Shown: piece by piece, positions 36,144-50,379 of the stretch
Position numbering within the stretch: position 1 is the first letter of the stretch
Layout: each line of letters begins with the position of its first letter
Assembly: GCF_003918875.1 (NCBI RefSeq)
Contig: NW_025767512.1
Location: forward strand, 1,364,001 to 1,428,000
Source: Haliotis rubra
Taxonomy: Eukaryota
Length of the DNA stretch: 64,000 nt
Reading direction: 5' to 3'
Notes under the pieces: model-generated
Told to the model about the DNA's origin: nothing
The model's input: only the letters and a program-made list of their open reading frames with translations
Databases searched by the model: none
Translations under genes and position numbers: made by a program

Positions 36144-37801
36144 TTATATTGAAAAAAACCTCAACATGCTGACTTGGTTGATGCAGGTCTTCATACTCAA
36201 ATTTCATAGATCGATGACCGTGATGCCAATCAGGCCCGGAATTAGATATCTGGAATTTTGCTGAGTGCAGCATCAATCAGCAATCAAAGACAGTAATTGT
36301 TGTACCCAGCCTGATGCTCAGTATAAAGGGAAATGAACAAGGACTAGTCCATTAGGAGCCAGTATACTGTGAGTGGAGCATCCAGCGGACTATACCCGTG
36401 ACGATCCGGGTTAGAATTCGTCTTCAGCAACCAATGCTTGTTGTAAAAGCTGATGAACAGGATCGGGTGGTCAGGCTCACTCACTTGGTTGACACGTCTT
36501 CTTATCCCAATTGCGTAGATCAATGCTCATGCTGTTGATCACTGGATTGTCTGGTCCAGACTTGATTATTTACAGTATGCCGCCAAATAGCTGGAATATT
36601 GCTGAGTGCGGTGTTAAATAAAAGCAACCAACCAGTGGTCTAGCAGTACCAAATCTGCATTAGTCGAGACTTCTATAAGCAGACACACAAACACATTGCA
36701 CGTTGCACAATATGTGCAATAATCTTTCACACAACATTAAAGCCAATTCCATGTCATCATGAGTCAACATACTGGAAACAAGACAACGATGGGTTTCATA
36801 TACATTGTCTTGCTTTATTATACATGAGTATATATTATGGTACATGTTCATCTTTGCCAAGCACACATACAAACACATGCAAGCAAATCTGGCATGAAAG
36901 TTGGGAGGTGAAAATAGACAAGTTCATTTGGTGGCACTGATGATCTGAACAGACAAGGAACAAAAAACTTTAATACAGAATTAAAACATCTCTGTGAAAG
37001 ACACATTCAAGAAGCCTGTCTAGAAATATTGAATCTTGCAATAAACACAAGCAGAACACATATTTGATCATCATCCATTGTTACAAATAGTGTCGAGTTG
37101 GTGTACATATTCACATTGTCTCGACATGGAATATAATCACAATTTGAATGCTTGCCACTCAAGCAATATCAAGATGGGACAGAAAAAGGCTTCATATTCT
37201 CTACCAATGTGGGATTCGAACCTGGACGATCGTCGAGATAAGCAAAACACATTAACCGCCTGAAACATACAGCATTAGAAATCTTGGCAAAATCTTCAAT
37301 GGTCGTATGTCTGGAATTCACATCAGAACTAATGAAAGATTTTACCACCAAGGATGTCAAAACGCTCATACTTAGACCCACAGCATCAAGACTAAACACT
37401 GGTAAATATCTCTCTCTATTTCCCAAAATTTACTGACAAGAAATCCACACATGTTGCATTTAACTTGAAGTGAACACCCTTTCAGGATGCTGTCCAAACA
37501 TGAAACTGCTACTTTTAATGCCATGCTTCACAAAAAGATTTACTAGTCTTCAAAGTTTAAGAATTGGTTTAATACCACTTAGAAAAGTCTCAGTTTTATC
37601 ACTACTTGTCAGCTTGGTATGGGGGAAAAGTCTGACGTGAAACAATTCTCAGATGTTTATTTCTTTGGTGAAATTCTGGAATAATGTCATCAACAGAGAC
37701 AGAATCAGGATGAACTGGGATTCGAACCTGTGATCACGGAGATTAGGCACACCAAAGGGGGGCAACTCTGCTCAGCGAATTGCAGTGTTTTACACAACTA
37801 A

Positions 37802-38040
37802 GGGACCGTTCATAATTTATGGCTGGGGGGAGGAGAGAAATGCCGATTTTGATGATTTTAAGGGGAAGGGGGGGATAATAAATTTTGTACACGTGTACTT
37901 TGGGGGTTGGGGGGTGACAGCAATTTGGTACATAAAATGAGGTCACTTACTACATAAAGTTTAGGGCTTTTCAATCACATTGGACATGCTTCTCCATAAA
38001 AATCATCATCACCCCCTAGCCATAAATTATGAACTGTCCC
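37802..38040. mobile_element. PIF/Harbinger-like MITE, same family, opposite orientation
   Basis: Same TIR, TSD TAA. Confidence 0.85.
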
Positions 38041-38537
38041 TAAGCCACCTGGAGCCTTAAATATCAGTTAGAAGACTCCACTTAAACTGAACGAAACTAA
38101 CATTAACTGTAAATCAAATCATTTACTGAAGGGAAGATAGGTTGTACAAACAAGCCAGTGTCCTTCGACTGAATTAAAATGGTGATTACACATATTGCAG
38201 ACAATCAATCGCACTTCTTTACCTACAAGACACAACCATTCTTGTCAGACACAAACGGATGCATTCCCTGTACATTACATACACTTTCTTTTGAGAGTTA
38301 TATTTTCAATCGACAATAACTAAGATAGTCAAATCAAAATGTTGTAACTTACCATATATAATAGGTAGTGTTATCAGAACTTAGAAACACTCTGATAAAC
38401 ATGATAATCATGATCTGATCAATATGTCAAGGAATTACTTGTCGTAAGCTCTGATCATGGACGTGGGTATAATTCCTCTTAATATTTTGTGTAATGTTCC
38501 CGTAACGATTTGATCATTGTTTCCCAAAGTGTGAGTG

Positions 38538-38644
38538 CTTATGTAAACAGCACTGCTGCAAATCTCTGGAACTATGTCATGGGGAAGTGAGGTCTTATGT
38601 AAACAGCACTGCTTCAAATCTCTGGAACTATGTCATGGGGAAGT
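38538..38644. repeat. Tandem duplication of about 56 bp
   Basis: cttatgtaaacagcactgct.caaatctctggaactatgtcatggggaagt occurs twice. Confidence 0.9.
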
Positions 38645-39075
38645 TCAATTATTGAATAAATGATAAACAGAAAAGGGTTTCGCACTTCTCTTTCATGATA
38701 AATGGTTGTTTACATGTGTTAGTGGTGAATCTTTCGATAGAGTAATATCACAGGACTTTGAACTGTTAACATAGTGGTGAAATCTTTAACTTTACACTGG
38801 TACACATTGTTACTTCATAATAGGTGTAACGTTCCTCCATAACCTATGAATATGCATGTAAATTTGACAGTGTAGAAGTACTTCTTGTACCTTTGGTGTC
38901 TTGAAATGAAATACCATGCATACCTCATATCGGTCATTTAGACCAACACTTTGCATGAACTTCTTGTAAATCCTACTAGTTTATTGACCACAACTTTCAG
39001 TGATTCCGCAACTGGTCTCACCCTTAGATGGTTAAGACAAGTAAGGTTGCTATGTTTACCAGAACAACATCAATC

Positions 39076-39291
39076 CAGTGTGCGAAATAGTTTGTAAATC
39101 TTGCTAGCCAGTCGGTCATAATCTTGCATGATTTAAAAGTGTATTATAAGTTAGCAAGTCAGAGAGAGTGATTTACAAAGTGACCCCATGAAAATTCACT
39201 AGCCAGTCGGGCCAGTGACTATGGAGATTTACTGGCCCGACTGGATTTTGCTAGCCACGGGCTAGCGGGCCAGTGGCTATTTCGCACAGTG
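39076..39291. mobile_element. hAT-like MITE
   Basis: TIR CAGTGTGCGAAATAG / CTATTTCGCACAGTG, perfect 8-bp TSD CATCAATC. Confidence 0.88.
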
Positions 39292-39761
39292 CATCAATCC
39301 AATTAAAATCAGATCTTCAGTACAATATCTTTCTGTATGAAGATCCAAGGACATCTCACAAGAAACATCATGCATTGTCCAAAAAGCGCTGAGGTTGCAA
39401 CATTCTTGGTCCAATGACTGAAGAATTCGTATTTCTGCATCTCAATACACTATCAACAAGTTCTCACTGTTAATCATAAAGGCTGCACTGTTACACTGAG
39501 ACATATATTTTCTACACTGGTCATTTCCAAGTGACCTGGTATCCAGACCCAAAATGAATGGGGCACTTCTGAATGTAAACAAAAACACCCACCCATACCG
39601 GGTGTACTATCAAGGTTATATTGTCATATGCAGCCGTTTTCTTTCTCTCAGTACATACAAGGATTGTTTGTTCTCTGCGTGTTCTCTTTTGTTAAAATTT
39701 AAATTGAAAAATATGATGCAACCAAATACATCTGAATCATTTTAGATTCATTTGGCTCAAG

Positions 39762-39927
39762 ACTGACTGACTGAGTATAGTTTTACGCCACTTTTAGCAA
39801 TATTCCGGCAATATCACGACGGGGGACACCAGAAATGGGCTTCACAAATTGTACCCATGTGGGGAATCGAACCGGGTCTTCAGCATGATGAGCGAATGCC
39901 TTGACCATTAGGCTACCCCACTGCCCC
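39762..39927 (-). mobile_element. Family A SINE 3' of the MAEA stop
   Basis: Full copy with TSD tttggctcaaga. Confidence 0.9.
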
Positions 39928-40489
39928 TTTGGCTCAAGAATGCATGCTTACTTCACGGAAATGAAGCCGTCATCAATCTCTCTCGGTTAGTGTGATGTGA
40001 CCTGTGATGGAGACATTTGGAGATCTTTCAACAAAAAGGTATCAGTTAAGAGTAAACTATCTGATTTTAATAAAATTGGGAACAATATCTGGAAAAAATT
40101 CACAAATATGTAAACATTTATCAAGACTGCAATTCTAAATGAATTAAGCCATACATCCCGGCATTCATAAGCAATTGTTAACCAAAGACAACATTGAACA
40201 GTTGATGTCACTTGACATGTAACTCACGATCAGAGTGAAGATTCACTGACCAATCAGCGCTCAGCTTTAAGATTGGAGTGTTTTCACAGAAAAGATGCAG
40301 CTTTACACGTACATAATCAGTCGTCATCTCACATGGAGTATCTACACCATTCTACTTGGTTCTATGTGTGATGGCAAGCTAAAATCAGTCAGAACCAGCC
40401 TCTTTCTTACATTCTGTAACACTATTTATCTATCTACATCACATGGTCGTCTTTCATGCAGTGCCTTTTTCTCTGTCATGGGACACTCA

Positions 40490-43400
40490 TCACATGACAA
40501 ACACCTTGTCGATATCATCTAGCTTGTAGATTTCTCTTGTTCGTGGGCAGACAACTCGACCGTCGTTATTAGAAGCCATTGTCGCAAGGGACTGAAACAT
40601 TAACAGATATAGGAATCACACAGGATTGATATGGACAAAGAGAAATACTACTCATAATACCATGAAATTATTGAAAATATTTTTTTAAATCTTAATAGTG
40701 AGGTGAAGTTACAAAGTTTGGAACCCAGGTTAGAATTGGTCTCCTGGAACCCATGCTTGTCGTAAGACCCGACTAATACGATTGGGTGGTCAGGCTGGCT
40801 GATTTGGTTCATGCATGTTATCATATCCCAGTTGCATACATCGATGCTCATGCTGTTAATCACTGGATAGTGTGATGCTGTCTCGATTATTTAGATACCG
40901 CCAAAATATTGCTCTAATATTGCTGAGAGCGGTGATAAACAAACAAACAAACAAATCTACTCACATTGTAACCGTACACATGTCCATTTGGGAGCATCAT
41001 TGGTGGGTTGTTCTCGTTGAGAGAGCCACCTGTGATTGTGCAGATAAGTTTGGAGTTGGCACAGTGAGCATACGGCAGCGGTCTTGCGAGCTCGTTCAGG
41101 TGCTTGGAACACACGGGGCAGTTCGGGTTCTTGTTCTCTGACGTAGACTTGTAACAGTGACTGGTGGCTGTTAAGGAATTCTCACCTACTGGAAGGCATT
41201 TGTAATATAGAACTGCCTAATGGTTTGACAAACACAGAATCAATCATAGCCCACAAAACTTCAAAGAATGTTTTTAGTCAGTGTCAAAGCTTTGGAGTCA
41301 TCCCACCAGCCCCTGGTGATCAGGATTATGTAGATATTAGTGTTAATTTACTGTCCATTATTGTCTGAAGTTACTTGACCAAACAGAATTTATTTGACTC
41401 TGGCTTCAGTTTACCAGCTAAAGCTGCAGATGATAAAATACACCAAGTGGGTGATTAGAGAAATTATACTGTAAAACTTCTCAGGACATTTTCAGTAATA
41501 GTGAATGAGTGAGTTAAGATTTACGCTACTTAGCAATATTCCAGCTATATGGCGGCGGTCTGATAATAATCAAGTCTGGACCAGACAATCCAGTGATCAA
41601 CAGCATGAGCATCGATCAGCTCAATTGAACCGATGACATGTGTCAACCAAGTCAGCGAGCCTGACCACCCGATCCCATTAGTCGCCTCTTACGACAAGGA
41701 TGGGTTACTGAAGATCAATATTCTAACCCGGACCTTCATGGGTATTTTCAGTAATAACAGACTTCTGCTGTAATTCCACAGTGATGCTGGCTTCACACAT
41801 TTACAATCATTGAGCACAGGTATGGTGTCGTGAAACCTTACAATATACTACAGGACAATTTGGGATTGAATCCATAATCATAGCTTTTGTTTTATTTAAG
41901 GTACAGGCATCATGAAGCAATGAATTTCTCTGCACCAACTCTTACCTAAATCGTTCTAATAATTAAATCACTTTTATACAAGCACTGGTATGCTTCTGAG
42001 TGAGTGAGTATGGTTTTACACCACTTCTAGCAATATTCCAGCAATATCACGGCAGGGGACACCAGAAATGGGCTTCACACATTGTACCCATGTGGAGAAT
42101 CAAACCCAGGTTTTCAGCATGACGAGCAAAGGCTTTAACCACTAGGCTAAACTACCGCCCTGGTATGCTTCTGATAAACATGGAAACGTAATCCGTGTGA
42201 ATCTTCAATACAATGCCATTATTAAAGGTTTCTGGATTGTCATTGGGGAGCACCTAAATATCCCAGGTAACTCTCTACTATATTCACACTGATGTAAGGA
42301 GTGTTGGTAAAGGATACGGCGTTTTGAGTGAAGACAGCCCCGCCTGGATGGCCGCGGTGAAGACAGACGTACAGTTGAGCTGGTGCAACTTAAAGTTCTC
42401 CTCCCGGAACTGCTGGACAAGCTCCTGCCAACGACTCACATCCAACAGCTCCTGAAACATCAGAACATTCACTAAATCACTCACTAGTCCTGAAACATCA
42501 CAAGATACAGTAGCTCACTCACTTCACCTGTAAACATCATCACATACACTCACTTCACCTGAAACATCATCACATACACTCACTTCACCTGAAACATCAT
42601 CACGTACACTCACTTCACCTGAAACATCATCACGTACACTCACTTCACCTGAAACATCATCACATACACTCACTTCACCTGAAACATCATCACGTACTCA
42701 CTTCACCTGAAACATCACCGCGTACACTCACTTCACCTGAAACATCATCACGTACACTCACTTCACCTGAAACATCATCGCGCACTCACTTCACCTGTAA
42801 CATCACCGCTTCACTTCACTGAAACATCATCACACCATTACACTCACTTCACCTGAAACATCATCACATACACTCACTTCACCTGAAACATCATCACTCA
42901 CTTCACCTGAAACACTCACTTCACCTGAAACATCATCGCATACACTCACTTCACCTGAAACAAACATCACTTCACCTGAAACATCGCCACACTCACTTCA
43001 CCTGAAACATCATCGCGTACACTCACTTCACCTGAAACATCATCGTGTACACTAACTCACTAATTCATCTGGAAACACCACATCTATACTAGCTCACTCA
43101 CTAACCCTGAAACATCACCGCCTACACTCATTCACTTACATATCAGCATGCACTTTCTCTGAAACATCACAGCAAACACCTACTCAATAAATTGTACTAT
43201 AAACATCTCATACAATCACTCACTGAAACCAGGGCATCATTCCCTTCAGCGCCATACCTTATAAGGAGCTATCTGTGTATCACTGGGGAAAGCCAGGAGC
43301 GCCATGACCTTCTGCACAGCTGGGATCTGGTCGTCCTCGACACCACTCAGGTATTTCCTGGCATGTCTGCAAACACAATACATTCAACCGTTCAGGACGA

Positions 43401-46400
43401 AGGATACATTTTACTTGACTGCTACTGAATTGATGTAAATTCTGGTTAAATCTGGTTGCTACCCTTCAGGTAGCATGCCAACTGTCTGTCGCCTCCCTGT
43501 GAACAGCAACTATTTGTTTGTTGTTTAACACAGCACTCAGCAATATTCCAGCTATATGATGGTGGTCTGTTCATAATTGAGTCATCCGGGTTAGAATATT
43601 GATCTTCCGTAACCCATGCTTGTGGTAAGAGGCGACAAACGGGATCGGGTGGTCAGGCTCGCTGACTTGGCTGACACATGTCTTCGGTTCCCAATTGCGT
43701 AGATCGATGCTCATGCTGTTGATCACTGGATTGCCTGGTCCAGACTCAATGTGAGTGAGTGAGTGAGTGAGTGAGTGAGTGAGTGAGTGAGTGAGTGAGT
43801 GAGTGAGTGAGTGAGTGAGTGAGTGAGTGAGTGAGTCTTTATGCCGCTTTGGAGCAATATTCCAGCAATATCACAGATGATGTCAGACCAGCAATGGGAT
43901 TCACGCATTTTACCAATGTGGACACAAACCTGATGAACGAATGCTTTAACCACAAGTCTACCCCACTGCCTCTTGCAAATGGGAACACTTAACAGACATC
44001 AAGCAACACACTAATCAGATGGTAAAACCAAGCAGACAGACCCAGGTAAACTGATAGGTTTCTGGTGTAACAATAAAACTGATATGCCATCTTGCAGCAT
44101 AAAGCCCAATAATGTCCACAANNNNNNNNNNNNNNNNNNNNNNNNNNNNNNNNNNNNNNNNNNNNNNNNNNNNNNNNNNNNNNNNNNNNNNNNNNNNNNN
44201 NNNNNNNNNNNNNNNNNNNNNNNNNNNNNNNNNNNNNNNNNNNNNNNNNNNNNNNNNNNNNNNNNNNNNNNNNNNNNNNNNNNNNNNNNNNNNNNNTTTA
44301 GCAATATTCCAGCAATATTACATCAGGAAATACCAGAAATGGGCTTCACACATTGTACCCATGTGGTGATTCGAACCTGGGTCCTTGGTGTGAGGAGCAA
44401 GCGCATTAACCACTAGGCTACCCCACCTCCCTGTTCAAATTAAAGGTTCATAAATCAAATGATATAATCTATACACTACACTATGGACGCAATCCAATGA
44501 CTAGTGAAACATTCTGTGCATCTAATAACTTATATTACCATTGCTCTGTACTGGTGCAAATGTGAATGAAAACCTTCACAATAATGGTGTCCGACTTACT
44601 TGACAGCCTCCAGTCGCTTATCACTGCGGACCAACTCAATGAACTCCTGTCTGCGAACTTTGAACTCTAGGGTACTCTGAAACCAAAGCATAATTGATGA
44701 AGATGCTGCTTCCACATTGGTTGAAGTTTCCTATTTTCATGTGATAAATCTGGAGTATAGCCTTACTGATACTGGGATATATTAAGGATGTAAAAGTAAC
44801 CGACCCTGGCAAGCAAATAGGAAAGAATTGTTACTAGGTTCAAAACTGATATTTTTTATTAAAGTGTTTTTATTCAAGTTGAAGTTCAATATGATTTTAT
44901 TGGAACATGTATATAATATTTTGATTTTATTTTGAAGTCAATTTACAAGACATCTTAATACAAAGAGACATCATTCAAAAGTAAGACTAAGAGACTGAAT
45001 GTGTATAAGATCTGATCGATTTTGTACAGTCACTGCAATCTATGTCACCTTCTAACAAGAAACATGATAGAAAGGAAAAAGATATAACCTTCATCTTTCG
45101 TAGTTTGGACTTGTTGTCGTAGCACCAAGCTAGACAGGGCCCAGTCTCGTGTCTCATCAGCGATTCCTCCACTTCCTTTGAGGTGAGGAAGAGCTCTATG
45201 TTTGTCAAATCCTGCAAACAAATGCATCTTAACTTCATGAATATTGACACACGTTTTCAATATAGTGGGCTAATAAGACTGTTGTAACATATATGAATAA
45301 AAAGCTGTGCTAATGTCAACTAAACAAAATGGAATTATGTGTTAATTAATAATGTCACAATCCAGGAGTGATGGTACAAAATCTAAATTTTTGAATATTT
45401 TTTTTATTACGGAAGAAAGGAATTTAATCCAAAAATAAAATCCTTGCAAACTTTTGTTTGGTACATTTAGTTGATGCTAAAATAGTTGATACAGTAAAAA
45501 TAAGATCTAAAATAAGTAAAAACAGCTAAGAAACAAGTTCATTGGCAAGAAAACTAAAGGCATTGTCCCAGACAAATGGCAACAAAACAAAAAGCCTGAA
45601 TACCAAATTGCGAACATTAGCAAAGCAGCAAAAGATGGTGTACCTCTATTTCAGAATGCCGGGCCAACTTGAGAGCTGTGTTATAGTACCCGGCCCGTAG
45701 GAAGAACTCCACTAGCATGCGATCCAGACGCTTCTTCTGCCACAGCGGACGCGCCTCCTCGGGGAGATTCTCAGCCTCCTTCAGGTGCTCTACCCGGCGT
45801 TTGATGACCCGGGCAGCCTCTAGTTCATCCTGGATACTTTCATCGGCCTGCAATCATACATCATGTAGATAGGGTAGATGAGTAAGTGGTTGAGTTGGTG
45901 AGTGGGTTGATTGGTTTGTTGTTTAGCTCAGCACTCAGCAATATTCCAGCTGATAAGCTGTGGTCTGTAAATAATCAAATCTGGACCAGACAATCCAGTG
46001 ATCAACAGCATGAGCATCGATCTATGCAATACGATGACATGTGTCAACCAAGTCAGCGAGTCTGACCACCTGATCCCCTTAGTCGCCTTTAACGACAAGC
46101 ATGGGTTGCTGAAGACCAATTCTAACCCGGATCTTCACAGGTTTGTGTAAGTGGGTGTGCGTAGGGTGTATATAAGAAAACTGAATGAACACAATCCCAT
46201 AACAACTTCAAAACAAGAGGACAACATCAAGGACATGGAATCAGTTTCTTTTAGAAACACCAAAACATAAATGGCTGCATGGGTTTGATAAATATGCAAA
46301 ATATTCACTGTTTTTCAAGCTGTGCTTTGGAATTAAGTGACAAAATTGATGAACAGATGGAGGGATGGACGTAAGGAAGGAGGTAAGGATGGACGGCCAG

Positions 46401-49400
46401 CATCCATTCCCAAATCCTCCCTCCACTGTATGGCAGGGCATGAAATAACTTGAAGTATGGGCAGGGGTGGAAATAACCCATTGCCCGACGTCCGAGTCCA
46501 GTGTTTTTTCTGGTAGAGTAAGTGTGTGAGTGTGTGGTTGAGTGTGTGTGGTGATGGTGGTAGTTGTGGATCTTGTGTAAATAAGAGAACTGCGTTAACA
46601 CAATCCCCGGCAACCAATAATTTGGACCAGCTTCCTGTAGGAGTGAATATACATGAGTGAGTGAGTTTAGTGTTACGCCGCACTCAGCAATATTCCAGCT
46701 ATTTGACGACAGTCTGTAAATAATCGAGTCTGGACCAGACTATCCAGTGATCAACAGCATAAGCATCGATGAATATACTTGGAGAAAGGAAGGGTAACTC
46801 ATCAAAAGTATTTTGGCTTATTTTTTCACAAAGTTTGAAAACTTGTAAAGGCTCTAATTGCAAGCACTAAATAATAAAACCCACTTCTAGGAAGTAGGCT
46901 AGTTTGGATAACATTTGTAAACTGTGTTCGTCTTTTTTTCCCAGTAGTTCACTATATATATTCTTAGAAGTTCCACTGTCAAGGGGTATACATCGCAAAT
47001 ACAAAACAAGAAGACAACATCACTGATATCCCCTGCAATGGAAAATACTTGCTGTAATTAAATCTATTTCTTTAAGAAACACCAAAACATAAAAAGGCTG
47101 CATGGGTTTGATGCATGGACGGAATGATGCATGGGAGGATGCATGGGAGGATGCATGGGAGGATGGATGGATGGATGGAAGGACAGGGAGGTGGATGGAA
47201 GGATGCATGGGAGGATGGATGGACAGGGAGGTGGACGGAAGGATGCATGGGAGGATGGATGGATGGAAGGATGCATGGGAGGATGGATGGATGGATGGAA
47301 GGATGCATGGATGGACGGAAGGGTGCATGGGAGGATGGATGGAAGGAAGGGTGCATGGGAGGATGGATGGAAGGAAGGATGGATGGATGGATGGCCAGCA
47401 CCTGATCCCACATCCTCCCTCCACTTCAGGGCAGGGCATAATGACATGAAATATCAGCCAGCCAACAGAGATGTCATGAGAAATATCCACACTCCCAGTC
47501 CATAATAATGCTCTATCTGATGGCCATACATTGTAAATCTTAATCCTCCATTTTCAACTCAAACACTGACTGACTGAGTATGGTTTTACTACAGGTTTTT
47601 TAGCAATATTCCAGCAATATCACGGCAGGGGACACCAGAAATGGGCTTCACAAATTGTACCCATGTGGGGAATCGAACCCGGGCCGTCAGCGTTAACCAC
47701 TAGGCTACCCCACCGCCCCAAAACTCTAACAAACAAGCATAGTAGTGGGGTTCAACTCTACGAGGGAATCAATGCAGATGGAGCACTGATGGGCAGTGAT
47801 GTTGACTAGTGACTGTTTGTCTCTTGGTATTTTAAAGCTGTACTCACATATAATGAGTGAGTGAGTGAGAGTAGTTTTACGCCGCACTCAGCAATATTCC
47901 AGCTTTATGGCGGCGGTCTGTAAATAATCGAGTCTGGACCAGACAGTGCAGTGATCAACATCATGAGCATCGATCTGCGCAATTGGGAACCGATGACATG
48001 TGTCAACCAAGTCAGCAAGCCTGACCACCCGATCACGTTAGTTGCCTCTTACGACAAGCATGGGTTACTGAATGTTCATTCTAACCCGGACCTTCACAGG
48101 TTACTCACATGTAAGGAAATATATGCAATTCTAAGTGAACATGACAGGCAAACTGGGTAAAAATTATAATCTTGTTCAAAACTGGAGTTTTATTGTTTTC
48201 ATATTCTTAAAATATAAAGGTATGTCTGGGGCTGCAAAGAATACACTATGTGGCTAATATGATACGTGTCATGAATATTGGGTAACGAACACAAATAATT
48301 ATTCATGAATGCAATATTGTAGGTAAGTGATTGATGTACAATATGGAACGCCCATGTTGACAGTGTTAATTTGTCACAACAATAACCAGTGATCTCATGA
48401 CACTCAAATTTTGGTATGTAATAGTTATCAGTTATAGTTGACAGCACCATGTGTGGCCTTGGCAAACTAACATAACTTGCACAGCTGCAAGGCTAGTACA
48501 TATTCCATTCTTGCAAATCTCACTTTCAAAAAGTACAAAAGGGTTCAATAAAACATGCATAAAACATCCTCAATCTTTCAAATTGCACATTCAAGTTTGT
48601 CTATTTTCCAGATAATTTACTGTCACAACAAACTCAAGCTTTAGTGCTTGTTGGTTTGTTGTTTTTATGCACTCAGCAATATTCTAGCTATATGACGGTG
48701 GTCTGTAAATAATCAAGTTTGGTCCAGACAATCCAGAGATTGACATCATGAGCATCGATCCATGCAATTTGGATACAACGACATGCATCATACATGCATC
48801 TGACTACCCCAATCCTGTTATTCATCTCTAACGACAAGCATGGGTTGTTGGAGATCAATTCTAATCTGTATCTTTTCGGGTATCAAGCATTAGCAGATAC
48901 ACCACTATGATATCATGTAATATCTAAAAAGAAAGGGTTAAGCAATTCCTTCTATGTGAAGCTAAGACCTTTACAATCATTTCTTAATCGATAGGACAAA
49001 AGGAGAGATTCTTTTGCTAAAGCTGTACAGTAACACACTGACCATAGCATACATTGAAATCAAATACATAAAAAGTAACAGTCAGTATGTTTATCTTCTA
49101 TTCCATCATTAGAACAAACTATTGCCTCATACAGACATATTGCCTGACAAAAGACCTACCTTCCTCTTGAGGAATGTTAACTTTTCCACCATGTTGTCAA
49201 GGACTCTTGAGACATCACCCACAGAGACACTACTTTCCTGCAGACATTTCTCAAGTTCGTTACCAGCGCCTTGTATGTGAGACACTTCACGATCAATATT
49301 TTTTTGTGCTGTTCGAAACTTTTTGTTCAGTACCTCATATGGAACCTGTATGACAAGAAAACATGACAAAAGTAGAGATGGTTTAATTTGAATTGAAGAA

Positions 49401-50379
49401 CAACCCCAAATGATCATTACCATGACAAAAATAAATGACACCACCATATCGCTAAAACTGATTAAGTTCTGCAGCAGAACACTAGGTCACATATGTAACA
49501 TGCCATACCTAAGCTGTAGTCAGCATGATTTTAGTGTTATAAACAGTGCCCCCCTTAGGTTATATTTGTATATACAGACACAGTTTGCTCAAGCAACCAA
49601 TAATGTTTGACTGGGGTCAATTTACTATTAATATCTCCAAGGGACTGGGATAGAGATCTTTGACAATGGACCATTTTCATGATTATTTAGAATGGGCCAC
49701 TGCCCTTGTGTCAAAAGTAAACTTAAAAAATTTAATGGGCCATTTTTTATTCTAATGTGCAAAATGGCCCTGCCTTTCCCAATCCCTGATCTCCGATCTA
49801 AGCTTGTTTGTGTACCCAAAAATGCTGTACCCTTATTACAGTTGCATGGTTCTGCATGTATGAACTTGCTTGTGAACGAATCTCTCTGAAAGTTTCCTAA
49901 ACTAACTTTTAAGAGCATGGTATCCTTTCTAGAGAAGTGTATGAAAGGAAAAATTACATTTTTTGTGCCACTTAAATTTGGTGAATTTTGGAGCTATGTG
50001 AAAAGACAAATCATTTATTACGTCTATCTTACTTGTTTCCGAATAATTATGGTCCGTTGACACTTTTTGAACGTCGTTAATTGAATCCCTTTAGCCATTC
50101 CTTTTAAACTTTATAATTACATCTGAAGTTGACACTGTCGATGTGTCGTGCTGGTCTGGTTTCAGGTTTAGTTGGGTCATTTCAGTAATGAGCCGAGACG
50201 ATTAGTTTTCGCCTTAAGATCTCACAAGAATGATGTTAGCATTAAACATGATTCAAAACAACATAAAGTTTGTATTCTGTAACGAGATTTGCGTTGAATT
50301 GAAAGAAACTATTGCAGATTACGTCTGAAAACCATCGTACCTTCAATGTTGGATGTTCCAAAGACTTCACGTCCGCCAT
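40490..50379 (-). CDS. MAEA: MAEA (GID9), CTLH E3 ligase RING subunit, 389 aa; exons 50379-50341, 49345-49160, 45847-45644, 45211-45089, 44676-44600, 43366-43258, 42451-42318, 41160-40965, 40591-40490
   Basis: Nine exons total 1170 nt with consistent phases and GT-AG ends. [13 protein letters not shown]|[20 protein letters not shown], Lis[60 protein letters not shown]...[10 protein letters not shown]...[15 protein letters not shown]...VCPRT...KVFVM*. Confidence 0.97.
41161..42317 (-). other. MAEA: U12-type (minor spliceosome) GT-AG intron, MAEA intron 7
   Basis: 5' site GTATCCTTT; branch box TTCCTTAAC (41178-41170) 9 nt before the 3' end; no polypyrimidine tract. Confidence 0.92.
41998..42160 (-). 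mobile_element. Family A SINE inside the U12 intron
   Basis: Full copy with TSD ctggtatgcttctga. Confidence 0.9.
42482..43170. repeat. 30-bp minisatellite (cacatacactcacttcacctgaaacatcat)n filling MAEA intron 6
   Basis: About 19 recognisable units at 42512-43050 with degenerate flanks. Confidence 0.95.
44122..44296. other. Assembly gap (N run) in MAEA intron 5
   Basis: Run of N next to a SINE tail; MAEA frame is complete across it. Confidence 0.99.
46211..46448 (-). mobile_element. Short HINE-like element in MAEA intron 2
   Basis: aacaag terminus, ggat/ggac microsatellite, end atcctccctccac...ggcagggcat; sister copy at 47006. Confidence 0.6.
47006..47445 (-). mobile_element. HINE-like element with expanded (GGAT)n/ggatgcatggga tract
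   Basis: Same termini as 46211-46448; tract 47100-47395 explains the overlapping low-complexity ORFs. Confidence 0.65.

Noticed and set aside
44122-44296. Hidden MAEA exon in the gap
   Set aside because: Exons 5 and 6 join in phase (AVK-HARK) with no missing conserved sequence.
47020-47505. Six overlapping ORFs rich in HPSI/GWMD
   Set aside because: Produced by a (GGAT)n-type microsatellite inside a HINE-like element.
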